Part shown: in pieces, positions 21,791 to 35,344 of the stretch
Numbering within the stretch: position 1 is the stretch's first letter
Layout of the letters: each line of letters begins with the position of its first letter
Assembly (NCBI GenBank): GCA_964187785.1
Contig: OZ076409.1
Location: 16,618,001-16,682,000, forward strand
Direction of reading: 5' to 3'
Source: Amphiscolops sp. MND2022
Taxonomy: Eukaryota
DNA: 64,000 bases
Program-made: the position numbers and the translations under genes
Notes under the pieces: generated by a model
What the model was told of the DNA's origin: nothing
The model's database searches: none
The model's input: the letters and a program-made list of their open reading frames with translations, nothing else

Positions 21791-23580
21791 ATGACTCTAC
21801 TTCTCAAGTCTTCAACGCAACTGGTCCCACAAGCCCTGTTTACGGCCACGGAACCAGTATTACTGCAGAAAAAAATTACATGCATTATCTCAACGATGAA
21901 ATTCCGATAACGTATGCTGGGTCCCAAAACTCGGAGGAAAATCCTAATTATTCAACACCCACTTGCAGTAGAGATGAAAATGAAGTATCAGCAGGAGCAT
22001 CTTAACAAGCCCAAGCCTCCAACATACCAACAATGCAAACCCAGTGTCTACAAAACCCAAAATTCCCAGATCAATGCAACATACCACATCCGAAAAGTCA
22101 AACTGAGAATTATATGTCGACAAGGCAAAATCAGCTATCTTATATTTCTTCTCTGCCGGACTTCACCAGTCTGTATCAACAGGAAGAGCAATGTTCTGGT
22201 GACCGCTACGTCTCTCCCATTGAGAGAAAGCGCCACTACAGCCATGATGAAATGGCTGCTGCAAATTCAGAATCGTTAAACAATAACTTCTCAAATCTTG
22301 GCGTCCCAGCGCAACAAGGACAAACAAGAGCAAACAATGCTTACAATGACTCAAGCCTCAACAATGCCACTCAGCGTACGCTGGAAGAAGCGGTAAACAA
22401 CGCAATAGAAGTCACAAATCCTTCTGCCGAAGCAATGTATACCGACACAATAAGAGGACAAACAAACCCAAAACCGACTACTAACAACATGGCCTCATAT
22501 TCTCAGGTAACATGCCTCAGAAATCCAACCGCTACTGTTACTAACAAAATACACAAACTCAGAATTGTTCCACCTCTGAGAAAAGAGCATTTTACAAATG
22601 CCTCAACAATGCAACAGGAAATAGATAAAGCGTACCAGGAGATCCTTGTGGCGTTTTCACCCAACATAAGGCACCTAATAACAATCTCGAGAACTATCGT
22701 CAAGGTGTCCGAGAAAAACTATCAAGTACTGCAAGTGATAGCACCAAAAGAAGCCGAAAATGATATTAATAACATGAAGCTATCCGGTCTTACCATAATG
22801 GGACGGACTGTGTTTCCCTCCTCAGAAGATTTTTGGCAAGTCCGACAATCCTTTTACCCCAAACCCGCTACAATAAGAAGTAACAATGTTCCAGTAATTT
22901 GCACCGACGAAGAGTTGTTCAAAACTCTTGAAATTCCCGCCTTCCTGGAATACGGTGCCATAGTGAGAGAAACCAAACATACAGGTATCGGTCCAGTCCA
23001 TACAGGCAAAGTTGCGATCAAAATAAAAATCAACTCTGCAGAGGAAGAAACAGAACTCCGCAAATGGTCATTCAACAAGGCCTTTGCTAACCCAGCAGAA
23101 TGGATGGGAATAGACATACCTACCAGCATCCCGATGCTCCATACTTGCAAAAGATGCAAAGAGGAAAAACGGCCACAATTCCGGGGCCATGAGGAAGAGT
23201 GGTGCCGAATTCGCAGGTCCACCCCACACGAACCCCAAAATGAGAACCAACCTTCGCTCAATAGGAACCCAGAACTGCCTACAGCTCCTTCTGAGCTGAC
23301 TAAACAAACCTCAGCCTCGACAACAGTCAACGAAGAAACGATGGAAAATGAGAACCACAACCATCAAGAAGACACGGTGATCCACAACCAGGATGAGGAA
23401 TGGCAAACGGTGGGCAAACAACAAGGACAAAAGCGTCCCCAGAAGGTTCCTTCAGAAACATCCTCGAGCTCAAGGAACAGCAGCCCGACCAAAGCTCCAA
23501 AACCGAAACAACCAGCACTACAAAACAACAGTTGCCCCAATGTACCAGACGATCAGCAAAAACGGTATGATGGCTCTTGA
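21791..23580 (+). pseudogene. Family B ORF1 (gag-like, RRM-like plus CCHC); 5' part has a frameshift and a stop relative to B2, open from 22033
   Basis: YPKPATIRSNNVP, HTGKVAIKI, CKRCKEEKRPQFRGHEEEWC; A-run difference near 21870 and TAA near 22003 versus B2. Confidence 0.8.
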
Positions 23581-26500
23581 TATTCTATGTGTGAACATCA
23601 GAGGCCTTGCTAATCCAGCAAAGCTTCTCGAGATCTGTGAAAAAAGGCAGATCCTAGGCAAAAATAATGAAACATGCATTGTAATACAAGAAACTAAGAT
23701 AATTAAAATGAAGGAGGAACATGAAAAAATACTAAAAAAATACAAATTAAAAAGTGAGGAAGTACCTGCTATAGGAGGGTCCGGGGGGCTACTAACAATC
23801 ATACCAGAATTTTTGCAATACCAAGTTCTTCTGAAAGGTACAAGTTGCCTTGCACTCAAGATTAGCAAAAACAACCAAGAAACGATTCTGATCAATACCT
23901 ATATCAATCCAAAAGACTTCAGAGCTGAAAACTTCTGCGCATGTTTAGAAGAATTAGGCTTAGAACCCACCCATAGAATTCTTATAGCAGGTGATTTCAA
24001 TGCAATAGACAACGAAGATATTGGAAAAAACGATGCCTTGAATAACTCAATCAAAAATAATGATATCAGAATCTTACGCTATAAACGCATAATACCTTAT
24101 ATGAACTCACTGCTTTTGAAGGACCAAGTTAAAGAACAAAATACCGTTCAACCGACTCACTACGATAAGAGAACAAAGAAAAATAGCAGAATTGACTATA
24201 TTTTTAGCAACTGCATAAGTGACGAGCAAAAAATCGAATTGTTCAACATTACAAAAACTGATCACAAATGTCTTTTTCTACGAACCCACGAAGAAAGGTT
24301 AGACTTGAAGCAATCGCAATGGAAACTTAACGATACGGTACTTGATGACAGATTCCGAATCAACGAAATTTTAAAAAATGCAATCCCAAAACTTAAGAAC
24401 AAGCTGTCACTTGCAGAAACCTACGATAATTTTAAAGCCAACGTAAGAGATGACCTCCGACAGCTTTGTATTGAAAAACGAAACATTGAAAAAGCCTACG
24501 AAAGGCAACTTATACGTGACATTAAAGACCTAGAACATGAACGGTTTGTATGCAACAACAAACCAGAAGAAATAAATCGAATCCAAAAAGAGATTGACAG
24601 AAAAAATGATGAAATCGATGCTCTGATCAACAACCAAAATAGAATGCAATTAAATAAAATCAAAAATTTCTACAATGAAGTGAACGAAGGTAACCCAAAA
24701 CAGGTTAAACAACTTGTTTCCGCTCTTAGACCGAGTACAAGAATTAACAAACTGAAAAAAGACAATGGCGAAACAATCAACTCTCAAAATGATATTGTAG
24801 AAGAGATAACTACTTACTACCAAAATCTTTATGAGAGTCATGCTCCTCCTAGTCCAAACAACTATGAGCCCACATTACAACAAACAACTTACCTACAAAA
24901 ATATTTTAAAAGAATTGAGAACAAGCTCTCTACCTATGATAATACGAACATAAATGAAGACGAGATCACAGAATTTGAAGTAGAACAGGCGATTTTGAAA
25001 CTGAATAACAAGAGCGCTCCCGGACCCGACGGTCTCACATCTAATCTATACCAAACTTATAAAAACTTCTTTATTCCCCTATTAACCGACCTATTCAATG
25101 ACATTATACGGAAAAAACAAGTTCCTCCTTCATTTAATCTAGCAATCATCAAACTCATTCCAAAGAAATACGCCTCTGAAAAAGTCTCCGACCTCAGACC
25201 AATAAGTCTAATCAATTCAGACCAAAAAATCTTGTCACATGTCCTGACTAAAAGAATCAAACCTCTCTTCGATCATGTCATAGGAAATCATCAATATGCT
25301 CATCTCACTGACAGAAATATTCACACAGCCCTAACTAAAATCCGCCAATACTCAACAAGCTTGAGAAGCAAAGAAGCCCTGTGTGCTCTAGACTTCTCCA
25401 AAGCGTTTGATTGTGTTGACAGGGGTTTTCTCATGGCTATTCTTAAATATCTTCCAATTCCAGAAACAACAATCAATCTCATTGAAGCTCTCTATCAAAA
25501 TACGATCTCAATCATTGACGTCAACTCCGAGTTTTCTAAACCAATTAAAATTACAAGAGGAGTCCGTCAAGGATGTCCACTATCAGCAATCCTTTTTATC
25601 CTAGTGATAGAGCCCCTGCTGGACAAAATCCAAAGATCAAGAAAAATCAAATCTACTAACCATCAAAAATCGATCGCTTTTGCCGATGACATCACAGTAT
25701 CCATTAAAACGAAGTCAATAAACAAACTTATCAAGTTTCTTGATGATTTTGAAATGATAGCAGGGCTTGCAATAAACTATGATAAATCAGAAATGCTGAC
25801 CAAAAACCACAACATCTTCTTCAGAAACCCGGAAAAGACATTGAAAACGGTCAATCGAGTCAAAGTTCTTGGAGTTTTTATCACAACTAAATACGGAATA
25901 GACTGTAACACAAAAAACAAAATAGAAACAATTTTAAGTCAGGCAACAAAATTCACCTCAAAAAATATGAGCTTCCGAGCACGGGCAATCAATTTAGAGA
26001 CCTTCATTCTTTCCAAAATAACCTATCAATTGAGACACTTTACCAAAAACAAAACCTATATGAAAAAACTCAATGCTAAAATGGTTGATGGCTTTTGGAA
26101 TCATAAAAAACATAACGTCAATCAAGAAATTGCGCATTTGGAACGCAAAGAAGGTGGTATAGGCCTAAAAAAACATCAATCGAAGAGTACTAGTCGCAAA
26201 ACTCATGAATCTAAAAGTATCCCTTCTGGGTCCCAACAACCATGATAATTACAATGACTTCAAAGGCTCAAAATGGTTCAAACAAATTGAGAGAGATTTG
26301 AAGAACGAGAATATCGATTTTGTAGAAATCACAAACGAAATAATGAGAATTCAATATCTTTCCCAAACTATTGAAATCAACAACAATACAAAATCAAAAG
26401 ACATCCATCAAATATTACGAAACCCAACAATTAGTAATGCATGCCTTCCTCGCATAACAAAAACTGCTACGAAACAAAATATTTCCCCCGATCGCATTTT

Positions 26501-26882
26501 GTGCGTTCTGAAGTCACTCTGGAATAACACGAAATTGAAGTCATTCGACAAAAACTACATTTATTGCTTCTTAATGGATGCTTACCTTGACAAGGAAGAA
26601 AAATGGGAAAAACTTCTAACTCCTCATCCACTTTGTTTCCAATGTGGTGCGGAATTCGAAACATACTCTCACCTGATGTTTGATTGCTCTCTAACCCAAG
26701 ACCTAAAAAAGAGCCTAAAATACCAAAACTGGCAACATATATGGACTGACCGAACCGGGAAATCCCAAAAACTGTTAGTTGCAATGCTTCTATCCTCTTG
26801 GACCGAGGAAGAAGGACCTTATTTAAGTTTTCTCAGATCTAAACTAACTAACCACAACCCTAAGCAGGTACCAATAAACTAA
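23567..26882 (+). pseudogene. Family B ORF2 (APE endonuclease, RT, CCHC), ~1104 aa consensus; one +1 frameshift in an A run near 26170
   Basis: EN motifs VNIRGL, IQET, AGDFN, SRIDYIF, TDH; RT motifs APGPDG, LDFSKAFD, GVRQGCPLS, FADD; CFQCGAEFETYSHLMFDC. Confidence 0.92.
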
Positions 26883-27254
26883 AACACAACCTTCCTTAAG
26901 TTCACACATAGATAGATGTATTCATTTGTCTATTGTTTTTGTTATTACTATGTACAATTTTTTTTATATATGAGTTTTTTTTTTGTTTTAGTTTTGTAAT
27001 ACTCAGTTATTAATATAGTCTTCAAAAGCCTAATTGTTGTGATAAACTTATTAAATAGGTAAGTATTCCAACCCTATTGATAAGTTTTATTTGAAAGCAG
27101 ACTGCGAAAGTGGTCTGCTGCCCAATTTTTTGAACAAGGAACAAGCTAGTCTGCACTAACTTAAAAGTTACGCGTATTTTGACCGAGAAAATTTTCGTAT
27201 CATTGTACGTAATTTTGTTGTTAAGCATATAAAGCTATTGATTTTACAATGATC

Positions 27255-27373
27255 GGCTACGACCATACCATGTTGAATGCACCGGTTCTCGTCCGATCAC
27301 CGAAGTTAAACAACATAGGGCCTGGTTAGTACTTGGATGGGAGACCGCTTGGGAACACCAGGTGTTGTAGCCT
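27255..27373 (+). rRNA. 5S rRNA
   Basis: Copy of 129-247. Confidence 0.98.
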
Positions 27374-27949
27374 TTTTTGTCAGAAATGTGGTTTAACTTC
27401 GGTGACAGTTTTGCAAAAGGGGTCAAATTGAAAAGATAGCAAAAAACGGACAACGCCATTAGAAAGAGCGTCCAAAAAAACCCCCATGCTGAAATTTTCG
27501 CCGCCATCACTTGAATTTTCATTGAGTTATGTCATTTTTACTATTTTCACAAAATGTGGTTTAACTTCGGTGACAGTTTTGCAAAAGGGGTCAAAATGAA
27601 CAGATAGCAAAAAACGGACAACGGCATTGGAAAGAGGGCCCAAAATTACCCCTAAAACGTGTTTTTCACACTCCTGAGTCGACTTTTGATAATACATGGA
27701 ATTTCATTTTTAAGCTTACTAATTTATGCTTTTCAGCATACATTTTCGTAATAGAGTCAAAATTTTGCTTTCTCACAATTTTTCTGGAATATTTTTGTTT
27801 CATCAGATGTCAATAACTTGAAACGTCGTCTTTTCATGAGAATTTCTCCTCAAAACAAGTTGTTGGCTGGTAATGGTAAGTCCGTACCGCAGATAGGAGT
27901 CTCGCGCTCCAAAAATTGACTCTTTGCTTTTAGCCTAATTGTTGTGATA

Positions 27950-29338
27950 GCAAAATTTCTCATCAACAACGACGACTGCCTGATAGCAGCCTTTTTTATA
28001 CAGGAGAGGCAAGAATTACAGTTTTAATTGACAATGAGAATGAGGAAAGTTTACTACAAAACTGGGCCAATAATGCATATGACAAAATGTTTAGTTCCAG
28101 TGGCATTTTTTTCAAATGTTGCTGTATCCCACTCCTCGAATGCTCTTTATGCGTCAATGAGAACCTTCCCAGTGCTCATCAACAATCAAGATGCCCAAAA
28201 CAACTATCAGACGAACAGCAAATACAGAAAAACAGTGAATCTCAGAACCAAAAGTTAACAACTGACTACGTTATGGAAACTGCAGAAACAGAGCCAATGT
28301 CTAATGAACCTGAACTGTCAGATTCAGATGATGCTGAACCAATCTCAAAGGCGCCAAAGCAGACCGATGATGGTACTGAAACCGAATGCAATAACAACGT
28401 GGCAGAAACTGAACAACCATGCATTAACAACTCAAAGAAAGATACCAATCCTATGCAAAAACCTAAACTAATACATCGCTCAACTGAATGGGAATCCTCA
28501 ACAGACCTTGCCCGAAATCAAGCAGATGACCAACAGTCAACGGCAAAGCATGGATATCATGAATACCCATTCTTTTTGGAAAAGAAACAAAACAAAATAC
28601 TGGCACCCGAAACTATTTTCAACGAAATACCTCCTATAAAAGAACATGTGATCAAAACTCAACAAACTTCTGGATACATCAATACACAAGACAAGGAAAA
28701 GAAAATTCAAAGGACATTTTCACTAGTACAACCACTGAAGAAAGAAAAACTCGAAGATCTTTTATCTGAATCAAACTGGAAACATTCTGACTCTAACACT
28801 ATTTTAACTTCTCTTTATGAATTTTACTCATTGATCCGGAAGTTTGATCCATTCTATGATGCTACAAACCACCAAATTTACACTATTAATCTGCAGAATA
28901 AAATTGTACAAGTTTTCACTGCAGTTGAAAACTTATACAATGAAAACAAAAACTAAACTGAAAAATTTCGGACCTTTTTGACTGGAACTTTAAAGTTCTA
29001 AATCTCTACAATACCATCATCAATCAACCCAATTCCCAATTCTTTTCGAGCACTAGTTGTTCGCAACCTGTTTGCAAAAAACGGGTTTTGAGAACAAACT
29101 CCTTCCAGGAGCAAACATCTTTTTTTCATACATTCTCCAAACTACATTATACTAACTTCATACCAAAAAAAAACATTCCCATTTTGGCGCTTTCTCAAAA
29201 ATGCCATAACCAAGCATCTTCATCTACATACTTCTGCTTTTTCAACACTTCAGTTACTCATACACTCATTTTATACATATACCTTAGACTTCATTACTTT
29301 TTACTTGTAAATTCTCAGTTATTAATATAGTCTTCAAA
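27950..29338 (+). mobile_element. Family C element, copy C3, 5'-truncated by ~590 bp
   Basis: TSD 27932-27949 / 29339-29356; starts mid-ORF at GCAAAATTTCTCATC; frame open to 28956. Confidence 0.9.
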
Positions 29339-29566
29339 AGCCTAATTGTTGTGATAAACTTATTAAATAGGTAAGTATTCCAACCCTATTGATAAGTTTT
29401 ATTTGAAAGCAGACTGCGAAAGTGGTCTGCTGCCCAATTTTTTGAACAAGGAACAAGCTAGTCTGCACTAACTTAAAAGTTACGCGTATTTTGACCGAGA
29501 AAATTTTCGTATCATTGTACGTAATTTTGTTGTTAAGCATATAAAGCTATTGATTTTACAATGATC

Positions 29567-29685
29567 GGCTACGACCATACCATGTTGAATGCACCGGTTC
29601 TCGTCCGATCACCGAAGTTAAACAACATAGGGCCTGGTTAGTACTTGGATGGGAGACCGCTTGGGAACACCAGGTGTTGTAGCCT
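29567..29685 (+). rRNA. 5S rRNA
   Basis: Copy of 129-247. Confidence 0.98.
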
Positions 29686-30261
29686 TTTTTGTCAGAAATG
29701 TGGTTTAACTTCGGTGACAGTTTTGCAAAAGGGGTCAAATTGAAAAGATAGCAAAAAACGGACAACGCCATTAGAAAGAGCGTCCAAAAAAACCCCCATG
29801 CTGAAATTTTCGCCGCCATCACTTGAATTTTCATTGAGTTATGTCATTTTTACTATTTTCACAAAATGTGGTTTAACTTCGGTGACAGTTTTGCAAAAGG
29901 GGTCAAAATGAACAGATAGCAAAAAACGGACAACGGCATTGGAAAGAGGGCCCAAAATTACCCCTAAAACGTGTTTTTCACACTCCTGAGTCGACTTTTG
30001 ATAATACATGGAATTTCATTTTTAAGCTTACTAATTTATGCTTTTCAGCATACATTTTCGTAATAGAGTCAAAATTTTGCTTTCTCACAATTTTTCTGGA
30101 ATATTTTTGTTTCATCAGATGTCAATACCTTGAAACGTCGTCTTTTCATGAGAATTTCTCCTCAAAACAAGTTGTTGGCTGGTAATGGTAAGTCCGTACC
30201 GCAGATAGGAGTCTCGCGCTCCAAAAATTGACTCTTTGCTTTTAGCCTAATTGTTGTGATA

Positions 30262-32244
30262 CGGCGTTACTCTGTCAGCCTGCAAACTTTGTTTGCACAG
30301 CGCCATCTTCCAAATTTTGCAGCAAAAGTTGCAAAAGTAATGACTAATTTGAACACGAGTGAGCTTGATCAACATCATAATGAAAATGTTGAGCAAAATT
30401 GTTACAAAAATGCAGTTATTTCCTTGTCGAAATCGAATTCAAATATGGACAAATTACCAATTATTATCAACTTTGCCTTACCACTGACATCTGAAATGTT
30501 CAAAAACAGCAAATTACTGGATTCAATGTTTGTGGAAGCTGTTATGGCCGTCAAAAACCGACTTAACTCCAATGAAATTACCATCTTCAAAACTACAATT
30601 TTACGCAACAAAGGCAATTTGAAGTGTATTACTGTGATCATTCCTTACAAACTTGAAAATGCAGCTTCCTCTCTTATTCACGAGGGCATTACTCTTCGCA
30701 ATCGGAAAATACGGCCTTATTCTGTCAATTATTCCAACCCAAACAACAATGTCTATCCAAAAAGATTACCAATATCTTTCCGAAACCTACCACACTTTCT
30801 GACGGATGAGGATATTTTGAGTAGCTGTGGTCTTCAAAACTTCAAATTTAGTAGCAAAATTTTTCATCAACAACGACGACTTCCTGATAGCAGCCTTTTT
30901 TATACAGGAGAGGCAAGAATTACAGTTTTAATTGACAATGAGAATGAGGAAAGTTTACTACAAAACTGGGCCAATAATGCATATGACAAAATGTTTAGTT
31001 CCAGTGGCATTTTTTTCAAATGTTGCTGTATCCCACTCCTCGAATGCTCTTTATGCGTCAATGAGAACCTTCCCAGTGCTCATCAACAATCAAGATGCCC
31101 AAAACAACTATCAGACGAACAGCAAATACAGAAAAACAGTGAATCTCAGAACCAGACGTTAACAAATGACTATGTTATGGAAACTGCAGAAACAGAGCCA
31201 ATGTCTAATGAACCTGAACTGTCAGATTCAGATGATGCTGAACCAATCTCAAAGGCGCCAAAGCAGACCGATGATGGTACTGAAACCGAATGCAATAACA
31301 ACGTGGCAGAAACTGAACAACCATGCATTAACAACTCAAAGAAAGATACCCATCCTATGCAAAAACCAGTACTAATGCATCGCTCAACTGAATGGAAATC
31401 CTCAACAGACCTTGCCCGAAATCAAGCAGATGACCAACAGTCAACGGCAAAGCATGGATATCATGAATACCCATTCTTTTTGGAAAAGAAACAAAACAAA
31501 ATACTGGCACCCGAAACTATTTTCAACGAAATACCTCCTATAAAAGAACATGTGATCAAAACCCAACAAACTTCTGGCTACATCAATACACTAGACAAGG
31601 AAAAGAAAATTCAAAGGACCTTTTCACTCGTACAACCACTGAAGAAAGAAAAACTCGAAGATCTTTTATCTGAATCAAACTGGAAACATTCTGACTCTAA
31701 CACTATTTTAACTTCTCTTTATGAATTTTACCAATTAATCCGGAAGTTTGATCCATTCTATGATGCTACAAACCACCAAATTTACACTATTAATCTGCAG
31801 AATAAAATTGTACAAGTTTTCACTGCAGTTGAAAACTTATACAATGAAAACAAAAACTAAACTGAAAAATTTCGGACCTTTTTGACTGCAACTTTAAAGT
31901 TCTAAATCTCTACAATACCATCATCAATCAACCCAATTCCCAATTCTTTTCGAGCACTAGTTGTTCGCAACCTGTATGCAAAAAACGGGTTTTGAAAACA
32001 AACTCGTTCCAGGAGCAAACATCTTTTTTTTCATAAATTCTCCAAACTACATTATACTAACTTCATACCTAAAAAAAAACATTCCCATTTTGGCGCTTTC
32101 TCAAAAATGCCATAACCAAGCATCTTCATCTACATACTTCAGCCTTTTCAACACTTCAGTTACTCATATACTCATTTTATACCTATACCTTAGACTTCAT
32201 TACTTTTTACTTGTAAATTCTCAGTTATTAATATAGTCTTCAAA
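30262..32244 (+). mobile_element. Family C element, copy C4
   Basis: TSD 30244-30261 / 32245-32262. Confidence 0.9.
30340..31860 (+). CDS. Family C ORF1-like protein, 506 aa, intact
   Basis: Near-identical to 15668-17188. Confidence 0.85.
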   Translation: MTNLNTSELDQHHNENVEQNCYKNAVISLSKSNSNMDKLPIIINFALPLTSEMFKNSKLLDSMFVEAVMAVKNRLNSNEITIFKTTILRNKGNLKCITVIIPYKLENAASSLIHEGITLRNRKIRPYSVNYSNPNNNVYPKRLPISFRNLPHFLTDEDILSSCGLQNFKFSSKIFHQQRRLPDSSLFYTGEARITVLIDNENEESLLQNWANNAYDKMFSSSGIFFKCCCIPLLECSLCVNENLPSAHQQSRCPKQLSDEQQIQKNSESQNQTLTNDYVMETAETEPMSNEPELSDSDDAEPISKAPKQTDDGTETECNNNVAETEQPCINNSKKDTHPMQKPVLMHRSTEWKSSTDLARNQADDQQSTAKHGYHEYPFFLEKKQNKILAPETIFNEIPPIKEHVIKTQQTSGYINTLDKEKKIQRTFSLVQPLKKEKLEDLLSESNWKHSDSNTILTSLYEFYQLIRKFDPFYDATNHQIYTINLQNKIVQVFTAVENLYNENKN

Positions 32245-32472
32245 AGCCTAATTGTTGTGATAAACTTATTAAATAGGTAAGTATTCCAACCCTATTGATA
32301 AGTTTTATTTGAAAGCAGACTGCGAAAGTGGTCTGCTGCCCAATTTTTTGAACAAGGAACAAGCTAGTCTGCACTAACTTAAAAGTTACGCGTATTTTGA
32401 CCGAGAAAATTTTCGTATCATTGTACGTAATTTTGTTGTTAAGCATATAAAGTCATTGATTTTACAATGATC

Positions 32473-32591
32473 GGCTACAACCATACCATGTTGAATGCAC
32501 CGGTTCTCGTCCGATCACCGAAGTTAAACATTATAGGGCCTGGTTAGTACTTGGATGGGAGACCGCTTGGGAACACCAGGTGTTGTAGCCT
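32473..32591 (+). rRNA. 5S rRNA variant
   Basis: Shares CTACAACC and AAACATTATAG variants with the 17800 copy. Confidence 0.9.
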
Positions 32592-33553
32592 TTTTTGTCA
32601 GAAATGTGGTTTAACTTCGGTGACAGTTTTGCAAAAGGGGTCAAATTGAAAAGATAGCAAAAAACGGACAACGCCATTAGAAAGAGCGTCCAAAAAAACC
32701 CCCATGCTGAAATTTTTGCCGCCATCACTTGAATTTTCATTGAGTTATGTCATTTTTACTATTTTCACAAAATGTGGTTTAACTTCGGTGACAGTTTTGC
32801 AAAAGGGGTCAAAATGAACAGATAGCAAAAAACGGACAACGGCATTGGAAAGAGGGCCCAAAATTACCCCTAAAACGTGTTTTTCACACTCCTGAGTCGA
32901 CTTTTGATAATACATGGAATTTCATTTTTAAGCTTACTAATTTATGCTTTTCAGCATACATTTTCGTAATAGAGTCAAAATTTTGCTTTCTCACAATTTT
33001 TCTGGAATATTTTTGTTTCATCAGATGTCAATAACTTGAAACGTCGTCTTTTCATGAGAATTTCTCCTCAAAACAAGTTGTTGGCTGGTAATGGTAAGTC
33101 CGTACCGCAGATAGGAGTCTCGCGCTCCAAAAATTGACTCTTTGATTTTAGCCTAATTGTTGTGATTTTACCCGAGGCGAACCGCTGCCAAATTTTAAAA
33201 TCACCTCTCTCTGAGCTGTTTCAGCTCAAAAAGCACAAATTAATTTCGATTTGTCTTTCTCTGCTTTTCTGAACCGACTTTCTTTTACTTTACTTTTCCG
33301 AAATTTAACCAAATTTCGTTATTGAAATGAAACAAAAAGCGTTCAAAAAAACGCCAAATTCGCAAGAAAAATTCCCAAAATACTCTCCAACTGTTACTTT
33401 CGAAGGCAAAGCCTCCATCAGCGAGAATAACAATAGGGCCAACCCGACCAATTCTACTTCAATAAAAAAAACAAAATGCGAAAAACTTTGCATCAGAATT
33501 CCTAAAACACAACGAAACTTCCAAAGCTTCATACAACAACAAATTACCATTAA

Positions 33554-35344
33554 ATGACTCTACTTCTCAAGTCTTCAACGCAACTGGTCCCACAAGCCCT
33601 GTTTACGGCCACGGAACCAGTATTACTGCAGAAAAAAAATTACATGCATTATCTCAACGATGAAATTCCGATAACGTATGCTGGGTCCCAAAACTCGGAG
33701 GAAAATCCTAAATATTCAACACCCACTTGCAGTAGAGATGAAAATGAAGTATCAGCAGGAGCATCTCAACAAGCCCAAGCCTCCAACATACCAACAATGC
33801 AAACCCAGTGTCTACAAAACCCAAAATTCCCAGATCAATGCAACATACCACATCCGAAAAGTCAAACTGAGAATTATATGTCGACAAGGCAAAATCAGCT
33901 ATCTTATATTTCTTCTCTGCCGGACTTCACCAGTCTGTATCAACAGGAAGAGCAATGTTCTGGTGACCGCTACGTCTCTCCCATTGAGAGAAAGCGCCAC
34001 TACAGCCATGATGAAATGGCTGCTGCAAATTCAGAATCGTTAAACAATAACTTCTCAAATCTTGGCGTCCCAGCGCAACAAGGACAAACAAGAGCAAACA
34101 ATGCTTACAATGACTCAAGCCTCAACAATGCCACTCAGCGTACGCTGGAAGAAGCGGTAAACAACGCAATAGAAGTCACAAATCCTTCTGCCGAAGCAAT
34201 GTATACCGACACAATAAGAGGACAAACAAACCCAAAACCGACTACTAACAACATGGCCTCATATTCTCAGGTAACATGCCTCAGAAATCCAACCGCTACT
34301 GTTACTAACAAAATACACAAACTCAGAATTGTTCCACCTCTGAGAAAAGAGCATTTTACAAATGCCTCAACAATGCAACAGGAAATAGATAAAGCGTACC
34401 AGGAGATCCTTGTGGCGTTTTCACCCAACATAAGGCACCTAATAACAATCTCGAGAACTATCGTCAAGGTGTCCGAGAAAAACTATCAAGTACTGCAAGT
34501 GATAGCACCAAAAGAAGCCGAAAATGATATTAATAACATGAAGCTATCCGGTCTTACCATAATGGGACGGACTGTGTTTCCCTCCTCAGAAGATTTTTGG
34601 CAAGTCCGACAATCCTTTTACCCCAAACCCGCTACAATAAGAAGTAACAATGTTCCAGTAATTTGCACCGACGAAGAGTTGTTCAAAACTCTTGAAATTC
34701 CCGCCTTCCTGGAATACGGTGCCATAGTGAGAGAAACCAAACATACAGGTATCGGTCCAGTCCATACAGGCAAAGTTGCGATCAAAATAAAAATCAACTC
34801 TGCAGAGGAATAAAAAGAACTCCGCAAATGGTCATTCAACAAGGCCTTTGCTAACCCAGCAGAATGGATGGGAATAGACATACCTACCAGCATCCCGATG
34901 CTCCATACTTGCAAAAGATGCAAAGAGGAAAAACGGCCACAATTCCGGGGCCATGAGGAAGAGTGGTGCCGAATTCGCAGGTCCACCCCACACGAACCCC
35001 AAAATGAGAACCAACCTTCGCTCAATAGGAACCCAGAACTGCCTACAGCTCCTTCTGAGCTGACTAAACAAACCTCAGCCTCGACAACAGTCAACGAAGA
35101 AACGATGGAAAATGAGAACCACAACCATCAAGAAGACACGGTGATCCACAACCAGGATGAGGAATGGCAAACGGTGGGCAAACAACAAGGACAAAAGCGT
35201 CCCCAGAAGGTTCCTTCAGAAACATCCTCGAGCTCAAGGAACAGCAGCCCGACCAAAGCTCCAAAACCGAAACAACCAGCACTACAAAACAACAGTTGCC
35301 CCAATGTACCAGACGATCAGCAAAAACGGTATGATGGCTCTTGA
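33554..35344 (+). pseudogene. Family B ORF1 (~596 codons) with a premature TAA at 34811-34813
   Basis: GAA in B1 is TAA here; the frame continues to 35344. Confidence 0.8.

Larger units (their letters stand above)
21403..27026 (+). mobile_element. Family B full-length APE-RT non-LTR retrotransposon (L1/Tx1-like), copy B1, in SL exon
   Basis: 17-bp TSD AGCCTAATTGTTGTGAT (21386-21402, 27027-27043); ORF1 plus ORF2; no poly(A). Confidence 0.95.

Noticed and set aside
23393..23566. Longer N-terminus for B ORF2 (950-aa track ORF)
   Set aside because: Overlaps ORF1 without motifs; the EN motif VNIRGL follows directly after the ATGs at 23567/23570
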